In this document: positions 11,081 through 20,693 of the stretch, one piece after another | How positions within the stretch are numbered: the stretch's first letter is position 1 | Layout of the letters: the number at the start of each line of letters is the position of its first letter | Assembly (NCBI GenBank): GCA_050178385.1 | Contig: JBFXGD010000024.1 | Location: forward strand, 1-30,306 | Length of the DNA stretch: 30,306 nucleotides | Direction of reading: 5' to 3' | Source: Calditrichaceae bacterium | Lineage (GTDB): Bacteria > Calditrichota > Calditrichia > Calditrichales > JBFXGD01 | Notes under the pieces: model-generated | What the model was told of the DNA's origin: nothing | The model's input: the letters and a program-made list of their open reading frames with translations, nothing else | Databases searched by the model: none | Made by a program: the position numbers and the translations under genes

Positions 11081-11488
11081 ATGACATCGGAGTTGGAATT
11101 GGAAATTGTTACTCCATTCGGTGTTACTTATTCAGAAAAGGTTAACAGCTGTGTGGTTCCGGGAGAAATGGGACAGTTCCAGATACTAAACAATCATGCT
11201 CCTCTTGTTTCAGTGGTCAAAATCGGAGTCATAAAAATCGAGAAACCGGACGGTAAAATACTCTATCTGGCCACAAACGGCGGATTTTGCGAAGTTAAAG
11301 ACAACGTCATAAAAGTGATTGTTGAATCCGCGGAATTAGCTGAGTCAATTGATGTGGCCCGGGCGGAATATGCGAAAAAAAGAGCTGCTGAAAGACTGGC
11401 CTCTCACGCCTCAGATATCGATTATGAAAGAGTACGGTTTGCTCTCGAAAGAGCAATAAACAGACTTAAAGTATCTGAACTAAAATAA
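11081..11488 (+). CDS. atpC: F1Fo ATP synthase subunit epsilon
   Basis: LEIVTP, PGEMGQFQILNNHAPL, GGFCEV, ID..RA..A..RA and ALERAINRL. GGGAG RBS. Confidence 0.98.
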   Translation: MTSELELEIVTPFGVTYSEKVNSCVVPGEMGQFQILNNHAPLVSVVKIGVIKIEKPDGKILYLATNGGFCEVKDNVIKVIVESAELAESIDVARAEYAKKRAAERLASHASDIDYERVRFALERAINRLKVSELK

Positions 11489-11553
11489 CCCTTTTTTGTT
11501 AATATTTGCTGATTTTATTTGAAAATTTAGAGTTCGCTATTTGTTTATAATCC

Positions 11554-11581
11554 TTGACTGGGTATAAAATAATATTAAATT
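11554..11581 (+). promoter_or_regulatory. Putative promoter for the TPR/MotA/ExbD operon
   Basis: TTGACT (11554-11559), 16 bp spacer, TAAATT (11576-11581). Same CCTTGA...TAAATTAA layout as upstream of parA. Confidence 0.45.
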
Positions 11582-11628
11582 AAGCCCAAGGATTTGTCAA
11601 AAGGGTTCATAAAAAGTAGGTCAAAAAT

Positions 11629-14241
11629 ATGATTTCAAAGACCCTTTCTTTGTCTGCTGGTATTTTCTTCTTTTTACTGATTTCATTCTTCCCCGCGGCC
11701 GCACAGGAAGCTGCACAGACTGATCTGGAGTTCAATCAGGCCCTCAGGGTATATGTAACTGGTATGATCGGCGACCTGAGTAAGGAAAGCATTCATAATG
11801 AAAGATTTCTTATAGAACAGATTCGTCTGATCAATAATGAAATCAAATACCGTGTTACGAATGCATCAAAAATTCGCGATCAGTATTTCGAAGGATTACA
11901 GGAGCATCTTGTAGAGATCCAGGCGTTAAAACAGAGGCTTAATTCCGGAAATTCTGCCAAGCTCAATCAATTTATTGATGAATTGCAGAGAAGGATAAAG
12001 GAGACTATCCGGGCGGGTACGATTGATTTTAAAAAGCAAAAGGTTATAGAAGATGCTATACAGCTTCTGTACCTGGCTGAAGAAATGACAAAGCTCGACA
12101 CCGGCGCGCGTCTGGAAGAAAATCCCAGTTTTGTGAAAGGTCTCAACCGCACGAAAACAAATTTTGTTCAATCGTTCGGTGAATCCAATAAAATGGGAAT
12201 CTCCTCCGGAACAGGTGGAAATGGGAACGCCAGCATATTTGATGTTTATGAAGAGTGGAGACATACCGAGCGGCTTAAGTATCATCTGAGATGGACGGAC
12301 ATCCAGATAATAAAAAACAGACTAATTAAAAACGGCACAGCAGATCAAAAAAACAGAATGTTCAGGAATGAGCTTAGGCAAGCCGCATACGCCTATAATT
12401 TCGGATTTTATAATCTGGCGGGAAAATCATTCGAAGAAATCCTAAAAACATACGGCACATTCGGAAATCTTGATGACTGTGTTTATTATCAAAGTGAATC
12501 CAATTTTGCGTTGGGGCGATATAGTCAGGCCCTCGAAGGTTTTAAAAATCTGGTTGAAAAATATCCTTCATCCGTTTATTCGGCTCAGGCTTTCAGAAGG
12601 TTGATTTATTTGTCATATCATTTTGAGAATTACTCAAACGTACTCGCCTATTTTGAAAAAATGAAAGTGATTACATCGCCGAGTGCATCATATTATGATG
12701 AAACACTGCTTCTGGTTACGATGGCAGGTTTAAAAAGCGGTGATTATGAAAGCGCCGTAAAGTATGCGTATGAAATTTCCGCAACATCGGAATACTCGCG
12801 TCAGGCCAAATTCTTGCTGGCGGAAGCTTACGCGGGCGCCAATAATTATGAAGAAGCAATCCAGCAGTTTACGAATCTTCTTTCAATTTCCGGTCTGCAT
12901 CCTGAATTTCGTTTCGCGGTCCTTTTGAAACTGGGTTATTTGAGTTACGAAACAGGCAATATAGATGGCGCTATCAGGTATTTCGATTTGATAAGCTCAC
13001 AGTTCAGCAAATATGACCGTGTTCTGATTGGGTACGCATGGAGTTACTACAAACTTGAATTAAAAAAACTGCCGGATGAAGAAAAAGATTTTACCACAGC
13101 CAAACTGTATCTGGATGCGATTATAGAATCATTTAACGGATCGGATTATTATCTCGAAGCGCGAACTCTGCTGGGATATATAAACCAGCTTGAAGAAAAT
13201 GTTAGCGGAGCGCTTGATAATTTTGAATATGCTTACGGCACAAAAGATGTCAAAGAACTGTCTGACAGAATGAATGAAGAGCGGGAACATATGCGCGCTT
13301 CATACAGAGCCGCCGATAATCTGGAAAAGAAATCGCTTGCTGCAAATAATCTCTCCGGGTATTACCAGGCGAGAGAAATGAAGGACAAAATTGAAAAACC
13401 GCTGGTCGAACTCACTTATTCCGATGTCAGTTCAGAAGGTATCGCCGCGAAAAATGAAATTAAGCGGTTGAACGAACAGATCGAAGAGCTTGACCGCCTG
13501 AAGGCAATAGCCGATGAAAAAGGTGAAAAGAAGATAAAGAATCGAATCGAAGATTTACAATTGAAGATCTATCGTTCGATCAATGCCTACCCCGGAAAGG
13601 AGAACTCTCCGCTCGGTATTAATTATTTTGACGAACATCCGCTTGCCAGAAAGGAAAGTGTGATCGAAAGCGAGAATGCAAAAATCCAATCGCTGCGTGA
13701 TGAATCGAGATTAGAGCGTGAGAATATTATGAAGCGTATCTCTCAGCTTGATGTGGATATTCAGAAGGCGAAAGGTTCCAGAAATTACAAACGTGAAGTG
13801 GAGCTGGAACTCCAGAAAGATAGATTTACGGAGCTGCTGAATAAAATTGACTATCTGGAATCATGGGCTTACAACCTTGATATGATGCATTCCAATATTA
13901 ATCTGGGCAGATGGAGCGATTATGGCGCTTTTGGCGTGGCCAACGTTAATTTTTCCATAAAAAACAGCAAAGAGCAGGATATTTCCGATATGCAGAAACA
14001 GATTGAACAGATTAATGATTTTTTAATGGAGCGGAAAGAATACCTTGAACATAAGATTGGTTTAATTGAGAGTGAAATTACCTTGATGACCAGGAGGGTA
14101 AGACGGCAGGAACGACTTCGTGAGAGAGAGGAACTGAACAGACAGTTTGAGGAATCTTATTTCGATACTCATGAGACAGAAGCAAGAGGCACACAGAACA
14201 CGACCGCGCCGCCGGTGATTAAAAGGGATTCTGAGCAATAA
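11629..14241 (+). CDS. Large exported TPR / coiled-coil protein (possibly GltC/GltE-like)
   Basis: 870 aa with signal peptide (..PAAA|QE), a central TPR array (ESNFALGRYSQALEGFKNLVEKYPSS; FLLAEAYAGANNYEEAIQQF; LIGYAWSYYK) and long flanking coiled coils. The Glt assignment rests on context only. Confidence 0.8.
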   Translation: MISKTLSLSAGIFFFLLISFFPAAAQEAAQTDLEFNQALRVYVTGMIGDLSKESIHNERFLIEQIRLINNEIKYRVTNASKIRDQYFEGLQEHLVEIQALKQRLNSGNSAKLNQFIDELQRRIKETIRAGTIDFKKQKVIEDAIQLLYLAEEMTKLDTGARLEENPSFVKGLNRTKTNFVQSFGESNKMGISSGTGGNGNASIFDVYEEWRHTERLKYHLRWTDIQIIKNRLIKNGTADQKNRMFRNELRQAAYAYNFGFYNLAGKSFEEILKTYGTFGNLDDCVYYQSESNFALGRYSQALEGFKNLVEKYPSSVYSAQAFRRLIYLSYHFENYSNVLAYFEKMKVITSPSASYYDETLLLVTMAGLKSGDYESAVKYAYEISATSEYSRQAKFLLAEAYAGANNYEEAIQQFTNLLSISGLHPEFRFAVLLKLGYLSYETGNIDGAIRYFDLISSQFSKYDRVLIGYAWSYYKLELKKLPDEEKDFTTAKLYLDAIIESFNGSDYYLEARTLLGYINQLEENVSGALDNFEYAYGTKDVKELSDRMNEEREHMRASYRAADNLEKKSLAANNLSGYYQAREMKDKIEKPLVELTYSDVSSEGIAAKNEIKRLNEQIEELDRLKAIADEKGEKKIKNRIEDLQLKIYRSINAYPGKENSPLGINYFDEHPLARKESVIESENAKIQSLRDESRLERENIMKRISQLDVDIQKAKGSRNYKREVELELQKDRFTELLNKIDYLESWAYNLDMMHSNINLGRWSDYGAFGVANVNFSIKNSKEQDISDMQKQIEQINDFLMERKEYLEHKIGLIESEITLMTRRVRRQERLREREELNRQFEESYFDTHETEARGTQNTTAPPVIKRDSEQ

Positions 14242-14285
14242 TTTGATCGATTCATAAAAACACTGTCAATCTTGGAAAAAATATT

Positions 14286-17200
14286 ATGAAATCTATGATG
14301 AATAAAATGTCTTTGACCCGTTTGTTTCTTTTGGTGTTGTTGTACGGATATTTGTCCATACAAACGGTTTATGGGCAGGCTGATCAAACCGGTGCCCAGA
14401 GAGACAGCCTTTTTGACAAAGTTAATCTCGATGAATTGATTAAAATCAAAAAATATTATGAGCAGAATGTCAATAAGCTGAGATCAGAAGAAGAAAAATC
14501 TAGAAACGAAGGATTGAAAGTCGGCGAGGATTTTCTGACAAATAAAGCTTCCAAGGTCGAAAACAGAGATCATATTTACATTAGAATTGCTGAATATTAT
14601 ATAGAAGATGCTGACAGAAATTACGATCAGCAAGTAGAGAAATATGATAAGACTATCCTCGAATACGAAAAAAAGCTGGCTCTTTTTGATGCCGGTGAAA
14701 TATCAGAAGAACCCAAAATGCCTTCTTTCCCTGTTCACGACTACACAAAGGGCATAGAAGTATATGATCGTTTACTTAATGAATATCCGGCCAGTGATTA
14801 TGCGGATGATGCTCTTTACAATAAGGCCTGGCTGCTCGAACGTATGCGCAGGGGAAATGAAAGTCGCAGGCTGTATCAGGAAGTTATCGATAAATACCCG
14901 GATAGTCCTTTCGCGCCGGAATCATATATTCAGCTTGCCGAGTATTATTTTTCTCCCAGGGATGACAAAGATGACGAAGAGCAAGGTATTGTCGAACTTA
15001 AAAAAGCCATTCAGCTTTATAAAAAAGTATTAAAATATAGCGACTCTAAACGGTATGACGAAGCATTGTACAAACTGGGGTGGAGTTATTATAAGCTTGC
15101 GGCGCGTGACCCGTTATACTATAATGACGCGATCACTTACTTCATGGCCGTCGCGGATGATATTACACTTGCCAAAAAACTGGATCCTTCGGATAAAATT
15201 TCTAATCCCAATGTGAGGGATGAGGCCATCGAGTATATCGGTATCAGTTTCACCGATGAAGCATACACGATGACTGGGGTGGATAAGGCAAGAAAGCTGC
15301 TTGAGCGACTTGGCGAAAAAGAATATGGTGTTGAAATAATGCGCGCAATCGGTCAGACCTATCAAAAGATTGATGAGCAGGATAAAGCCATGTACGCGTT
15401 CGTTAATCTGCTTGATATGTATCCGCTTTACGAAGAAGCTCCGCTCATGAGACAAAATATAGTGAATGCGCTTTATTCACTTGGAAGGGATACCGACGCC
15501 TATCAGGAACGGGATACGTTATTCAGGCTGTATAACCCGGATTCGGAGTGGTATACTAAATTGGAAACTTCAGATAAAACAGACAAACTAAAATATATTG
15601 ATTCTGCTTATAAGATTGCTGAAGCCGCGTTCCGGACAAATATTCTGCTTGATCTGGAGAAAGCTGAACAGCTAAATTCAGAAGGTCTTCCCAGCACGGA
15701 ACAATATGAATTGTTTGCGGCAAATTGCAAAGATTATCTAACAGCCTTCCCGACGGATTCAAATGCCTACGATATTAACTGGTCCTATGCATTTATGCTC
15801 GACAGCAGACTTGGGCGTTTTGAAGAAGCTTTTGAAGAATACATGAGAGTCAGTAATGATTATCTTGAGACTTCCCATCAGGAAGCAGCGGCCTTAAATG
15901 CGGTTAAGGATGCAGATACACTTGTCGTTCTTAAATACGGTAAAGGTGATACTGTCCGGTTTAACTTTGCGGATATCGCGCAGCTCAGTCCTGAAGCTCT
16001 GACACCGGAAGAGACCAGGTTAATCGAAGCGTATGATAACTATATCAGGCTATTTCCTACAGGTTCATATACACCCAATTTTCTCGCTGCATCAGGAGGA
16101 ATTTATTATAATCATAAAAAATTCGCGGAAGCAAAAGTATATTTCCAGACCCTTGTTAAGCGTTTCCCGGGAGCAAAGGAGAAAAGTCTGGCATTGCGGT
16201 CGATTATGGATTCATACTTCGCGCTCGGAAAGTTCAAGGATAGTGAAATCATAGCAAAACGTATTATGAGTGATGACAGAATTCCGGATGAACAGAGGGA
16301 ATTTGCAGAAAAACGTTTGGGACAGGCCATTTTTAAGAATGCTGAATTTCTATCGGAGCAGGGAGATTACTTCGCTGCCGCGGGGGAATTTGTGCGAATA
16401 AATAATGAAGTTGCCAATGATCCTCTGCTCGTGGAGAGCGCGCTCTATAACGGCGGATTGAACTATCAGAAAGCCAAAGACTGGGTTAGGGCAATCGAAA
16501 CATTTGATATTCTTGCTTCTCAGCATCCAAAGTCAAAGTTCGCAATTGACGCTCTTGAAAATATGGCGGATGATTATAAGGAGCTGGAACAGTATGTGAA
16601 CGCCGGGCAGACCTATGAGAGGATCTATACAAATTACACGGATACAAAAAATGCTGAAATAGCGTTGTACAACGCGAGTTACTATTTCGAAAAAGGCAAA
16701 GAATGGTTAGATGCCATCCGCGTCAATAACATGTATATTACCGCTTTCCCATCGCAGCCTTACTCGGTGGATTTGTTTTTCAAAAATGCGCAGCTTTACC
16801 TGAATTCAGACAACATAACCGAAGCAAACGGTATATATGCAGAATTTGCAACACGGTATCCGGATGATCCAAGAACGGTCACCGCATTTTATGAACGTGG
16901 TAATTACTATCTCGACAACGGGCAGGAAACAGCCGCTAAGGTCGAATTCAATAAGGCCATCCAGAAAAGTGAAGCTTTCAGAAAAAGCGGAAAAGATCCG
17001 AATGCATATATAGCCGGGGAAGCAGTAAACAAACTGGCCGGAATTCTCCATACGGAATTTACATCTATCAAGATGACTCAACCAAAGAGCAATATAGATT
17101 ATCAGCAGGAAAGATTAAAAAACTTATTAACAGAGCTTAATCAGACTTATTCAAAAGTTCTGACATTCGGTTCACCGCGTAGTTTTGAGGCTACTTATAA

Positions 17201-19052
17201 TACGGCAAAAAGTTATGAAGAATTCGCGAGAATTTATGCATCTCAGGAAATTGATCCAAATCTGGATGTAAATAAGTTTTTTCTTGAAAAGAAAAGAATA
17301 AATGAACAGTCAGCGGCTTTGTTCCAGAAATCAGTTGATGAATATAAAAATGTTGTAACAAATATTCCCATTCTCGCGGAAAAATTGGGGGTAGATCTTT
17401 ACGTCTCAGCGGATTCAACGATGGATGTCGTAGATGCTGGCAGTGACACCACTGCCGTATTGGCCAGAGCGGCGGAAAGAGATTCTACAAGAGAACTGGG
17501 GATAAAATTTCAGGAAAAAGCGAGAGATAAAGTTTCTGAGCTGCAGTACACAATGGCTTCGCTTACGTCAGAAAATATTTATTACGCTCTGGACGTGAAA
17601 CCGCCGAATGATGAACCCTTGACAAAAATTATTTTCGAAGTCCAGCTGTTTCAGCAGGCGGTCAGTCCCGCCATCACGCAGACAATCGAATCGCATCTTA
17701 GCAATATAAAAGAAGCGGAGGCGATGGGTCTTTCCAACAAATACGTCGAAGAATCTAAACGTCAGATATTGTTAACATCCAATATACTTGCGGAGGAATT
17801 TGAATCGCTGGTAGATGTTGCGTTGGGTGAATATACTTCCATAACCCGTCAGATAATGGATCTCGTCGAAAAAGAGTTTGGAACACTAAACGCAAAGGGA
17901 CAGGACTATTACGCGCTGGACAATAGCGCCAGCCAAATGATAGATTTTACAAAAATTTTATCTGAAAAAATCATAGATTCATACACAAAAACGTTGGTGC
18001 TTGCACAGGAAAACGGCATTCAAAATGATATCGTCCGCAATACGCAGGATCGTCTTCTCCGCTACGCGGTTGAAATAACAGACCGAATGAGCGGTCTCTC
18101 GGACTCCGCCAATGCGATCAGTGATAATTATACCGTGAAATTTGATTCAACAGAAAATTATAATTTCGATGACGCAAAAGTAATGTTCGAAACCTACTAT
18201 TATTCTTTTAACGATAATTCCCTGGCTATTCTGGAGAATGCCTACAAGGTAAGACAGGATTATGATATCAAGAATCTTTGGGCAAATAAATTGCTTTATA
18301 AACTCATAAAACTTGATCCGGTTACCTACTCCGCGAGTATCGAGAAAGAGAAAATTATAGTTTCTTCAGATGAATCCTGGCTGTACACAAAGCGTTATTA
18401 TGGGGATCAATGGACAAAATCGGAATTTAATGATTCGGACTGGTCATCTCCGCAAATAGTACCGGATTATAATAATCAGTTTGCGGCTTTGGGGGTCAAT
18501 CCTAAATCAATTTGGATAAGTCAGATACCGCTCACGTCGCAGCAAACAAGCCTTTCGGCTGCGGATACGCTGGCCGTCGCCGATTCACTGAACCTGAACA
18601 TTCAGCCTGATACATCGGCAACAATGGTTGTGGTTGACACGTCCGCGTTAGTTTCGGCGGATACGGTTGCATTTTTCAGGAAAGAATTCCAGCTTGACGG
18701 AACACCTGTTTCCGGTGAGATCTTCCTTACCGCGGATGATGATTTCAGATTTTATTTGAATGGGGAATATATCATTGATGATAGTGACAATTCATTCGCA
18801 AAACTTGACACGCTTGATTACTATACATTTGATATTTTTCTTAAGCCGGGCAGTAATCAGATCGCTATCGATGTTGAAGACAAAGATATGACGGCTGGTG
18901 GTCTAAAATTCTATGGGACCTTCGATATTTTGCCAGCGGATATCACCGCCGCGGCTCAAGAAAAAGCTAAAGTAAAAACATATGATGTCGATGTTTCCAT
19001 ACTTAAAAAAATAAATATTTTGAATAAAAACCGCATTTCTGTTAATCAATAA
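14286..19052 (+). CDS. Giant exported TPR protein (GltD/AgmU-like) with a C-terminal beta-sandwich domain
   Basis: 1588 aa with signal peptide (..TVYG|QA) and many TPRs (YDRLLNEYPASDYADDALYNKAW; VIDKYPDSPFAPESYIQLAEYYF; ALYKLGWSYYK; ALYNASYYF). C-terminal FRKEF..TADDDFRFYLNG..LKPGSNQIAI domain. Confidence 0.85.
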   Translation: MKSMMNKMSLTRLFLLVLLYGYLSIQTVYGQADQTGAQRDSLFDKVNLDELIKIKKYYEQNVNKLRSEEEKSRNEGLKVGEDFLTNKASKVENRDHIYIRIAEYYIEDADRNYDQQVEKYDKTILEYEKKLALFDAGEISEEPKMPSFPVHDYTKGIEVYDRLLNEYPASDYADDALYNKAWLLERMRRGNESRRLYQEVIDKYPDSPFAPESYIQLAEYYFSPRDDKDDEEQGIVELKKAIQLYKKVLKYSDSKRYDEALYKLGWSYYKLAARDPLYYNDAITYFMAVADDITLAKKLDPSDKISNPNVRDEAIEYIGISFTDEAYTMTGVDKARKLLERLGEKEYGVEIMRAIGQTYQKIDEQDKAMYAFVNLLDMYPLYEEAPLMRQNIVNALYSLGRDTDAYQERDTLFRLYNPDSEWYTKLETSDKTDKLKYIDSAYKIAEAAFRTNILLDLEKAEQLNSEGLPSTEQYELFAANCKDYLTAFPTDSNAYDINWSYAFMLDSRLGRFEEAFEEYMRVSNDYLETSHQEAAALNAVKDADTLVVLKYGKGDTVRFNFADIAQLSPEALTPEETRLIEAYDNYIRLFPTGSYTPNFLAASGGIYYNHKKFAEAKVYFQTLVKRFPGAKEKSLALRSIMDSYFALGKFKDSEIIAKRIMSDDRIPDEQREFAEKRLGQAIFKNAEFLSEQGDYFAAAGEFVRINNEVANDPLLVESALYNGGLNYQKAKDWVRAIETFDILASQHPKSKFAIDALENMADDYKELEQYVNAGQTYERIYTNYTDTKNAEIALYNASYYFEKGKEWLDAIRVNNMYITAFPSQPYSVDLFFKNAQLYLNSDNITEANGIYAEFATRYPDDPRTVTAFYERGNYYLDNGQETAAKVEFNKAIQKSEAFRKSGKDPNAYIAGEAVNKLAGILHTEFTSIKMTQPKSNIDYQQERLKNLLTELNQTYSKVLTFGSPRSFEATYNTAKSYEEFARIYASQEIDPNLDVNKFFLEKKRINEQSAALFQKSVDEYKNVVTNIPILAEKLGVDLYVSADSTMDVVDAGSDTTAVLARAAERDSTRELGIKFQEKARDKVSELQYTMASLTSENIYYALDVKPPNDEPLTKIIFEVQLFQQAVSPAITQTIESHLSNIKEAEAMGLSNKYVEESKRQILLTSNILAEEFESLVDVALGEYTSITRQIMDLVEKEFGTLNAKGQDYYALDNSASQMIDFTKILSEKIIDSYTKTLVLAQENGIQNDIVRNTQDRLLRYAVEITDRMSGLSDSANAISDNYTVKFDSTENYNFDDAKVMFETYYYSFNDNSLAILENAYKVRQDYDIKNLWANKLLYKLIKLDPVTYSASIEKEKIIVSSDESWLYTKRYYGDQWTKSEFNDSDWSSPQIVPDYNNQFAALGVNPKSIWISQIPLTSQQTSLSAADTLAVADSLNLNIQPDTSATMVVVDTSALVSADTVAFFRKEFQLDGTPVSGEIFLTADDDFRFYLNGEYIIDDSDNSFAKLDTLDYYTFDIFLKPGSNQIAIDVEDKDMTAGGLKFYGTFDILPADITAAAQEKAKVKTYDVDVSILKKINILNKNRISVNQ

Positions 19053-19064
19053 AGGAATAGGTTT

Positions 19065-19397
19065 ATGAAAGTCATATTTTTGACAATCAGTCTGTGTTTT
19101 GTGTTCGCTGCCAGTGTTATTGGACAGGATACGAATAATCAGCAAATCCGGACACAAAACCAGAACGCAGATGATGTAATAGAGCTTGAAGTGAGCGAAA
19201 TAAAAATAACTATAGAAAAACCTCAAGTTACACTGTTTTCAGACCGAATAAAACCAGAGTTCGATGACACAAACCTCGAAAAATCCTTCTACCGTGAAAT
19301 TGTGGGTGAAGGGGAAAAATTCGTATTTGAATTTAAGAACAGTAAAGAACCCGTAGATCAGATTGATATAAAGCAATTATTAAATGTGCATAAATAA
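19065..19397 (+). CDS. Small exported protein, GltF/CglF-like
   Basis: Signal peptide (..VIG|QD), a Q/N-rich stretch, then IKITIEKPQV....R...F....LEKSFYREI. This matches the KP...R...F...SF..I pattern I recall for GltF-type proteins. Confidence 0.6.
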   Translation: MKVIFLTISLCFVFAASVIGQDTNNQQIRTQNQNADDVIELEVSEIKITIEKPQVTLFSDRIKPEFDDTNLEKSFYREIVGEGEKFVFEFKNSKEPVDQIDIKQLLNVHK

Positions 19398-19442
19398 AAA
19401 CCATTAGATAGGCAGAAAATGATTTTAAGGAGGGATTAGTTT

Positions 19443-20102
19443 ATGTTATTCTTAACCCAATTTGGTGATGCATTTGCATTTAGTGCAGAAGGATCCTTTT
19501 ACATGTATGCGATCGCCTTATTTGCTGCCGTTGCAGCTGCAATTTCGATTGAGAGAATATATTATATTGTCGTGCGATCAAACGTCAATGCTGATAAATT
19601 CATGACAGAAGTTAGAAAGCTGGTTGCGGGAGGCAATATTGAACGGGCCATAGAGCTATGTGAAAAAGGCAAGCAAAAAGCTCTGCCGTTTGTTGTGCTT
19701 CGCGGATTAAAACGGGCAAATGAAAGTGAAACTCTTGATTTCCGGGCCATTCAGAATGCGGTTGATGAAGGCACTCTGGAAGTTATTCCTAAGTTGAGAG
19801 AAAGAACCGGCTATCTTTCCATGCTTGCAAACGTTGCGACACTTACAGGACTGATGGGCACGATTTACGGTCTTATTCTTTCATTCGCGGCTGTAGGTAG
19901 TGAAGGTGTACCTGAATCAGAAAAAAGTAAACTTCTGGCCACAGGTATCTCGACCGCTATGAATACAACAATATTTGGTCTAATGGTGGCAATCCCGACT
20001 CTGATCGTTTATACTTATATCACCAGTAAAACAAGCAACATCATTGATGAACTGGATGAACATTTGGTAAAACTGATCAACTTGATAACCGGCAACAGAT
20101 AA
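19443..20102 (+). CDS. MotA/TolQ/ExbB proton-channel subunit (AglR-like)
   Basis: Three TMs, ISIER, AVDEGTLEVIPKLRERTGYLSMLANVATLTGLMGTIYGLI..F and GISTAMNTTIFGLMVAIP. AAGGAGG RBS. Confidence 0.93.
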   Translation: MLFLTQFGDAFAFSAEGSFYMYAIALFAAVAAAISIERIYYIVVRSNVNADKFMTEVRKLVAGGNIERAIELCEKGKQKALPFVVLRGLKRANESETLDFRAIQNAVDEGTLEVIPKLRERTGYLSMLANVATLTGLMGTIYGLILSFAAVGSEGVPESEKSKLLATGISTAMNTTIFGLMVAIPTLIVYTYITSKTSNIIDELDEHLVKLINLITGNR

Positions 20103-20122
20103 GAAACGAAGGAAAATAAATA

Positions 20123-20668
20123 ATGGCATATAAACCTTCACTTCGCCGAAAAGGCGAAGAGGTAGACATGGAGCTGGATATCAGGCCTGTCATGAACTTG
20201 ATGGTTGTGCTGATTCCGTTGCTTATCGCCAGTGCCGAATGGGTAAAGCTTGGGGTGATCGAAATAAATGTGCCTCCGAGTAAATCTGTTGGAGGCGCCG
20301 GCGACGGCGAACAGAATGAAGTTCAGGAAAAAGAACTTAAGCTGGGATTGAAGATCGCTATAACAAAGGATGGGATAACCATCGGCAATGCCCAGACATT
20401 ACTCGCCGGAGAAGAAGGAGACGGTCCGACAGTTCCCGTGTCAGAAGACGGAACATACGATTATGATAAGCTGAAAGAGAAGCTTGTCGAAATCAAGAAG
20501 AAAGTAAAAGGGAAAGGTTTTAAGGACGAAAATCGCGCTGTGATCACAGCTTCGAAGGAAATTGAATACCAGGTCATCATCAAAGTTATGGATACTTCAC
20601 AGACCTATGAAGATGAAAATGCGATTTTGCCTTTATTTCCCGAAATAAATTTTGGCAGTATTTTATAA
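20123..20668 (+). CDS. ExbD/TolR-family subunit 1 (AglQ-like; TM Asp replaced by Asn)
   Basis: Single TM LDIRPVMNLMVVLIPLLI and a periplasmic ExbD-type C-terminus (ITASKEIEYQVIIKVMD...LFPEI). Confidence 0.9.
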   Translation: MAYKPSLRRKGEEVDMELDIRPVMNLMVVLIPLLIASAEWVKLGVIEINVPPSKSVGGAGDGEQNEVQEKELKLGLKIAITKDGITIGNAQTLLAGEEGDGPTVPVSEDGTYDYDKLKEKLVEIKKKVKGKGFKDENRAVITASKEIEYQVIIKVMDTSQTYEDENAILPLFPEINFGSIL

Positions 20669-20693
20669 TAGACAATAACGGAGCGTTCATTAT

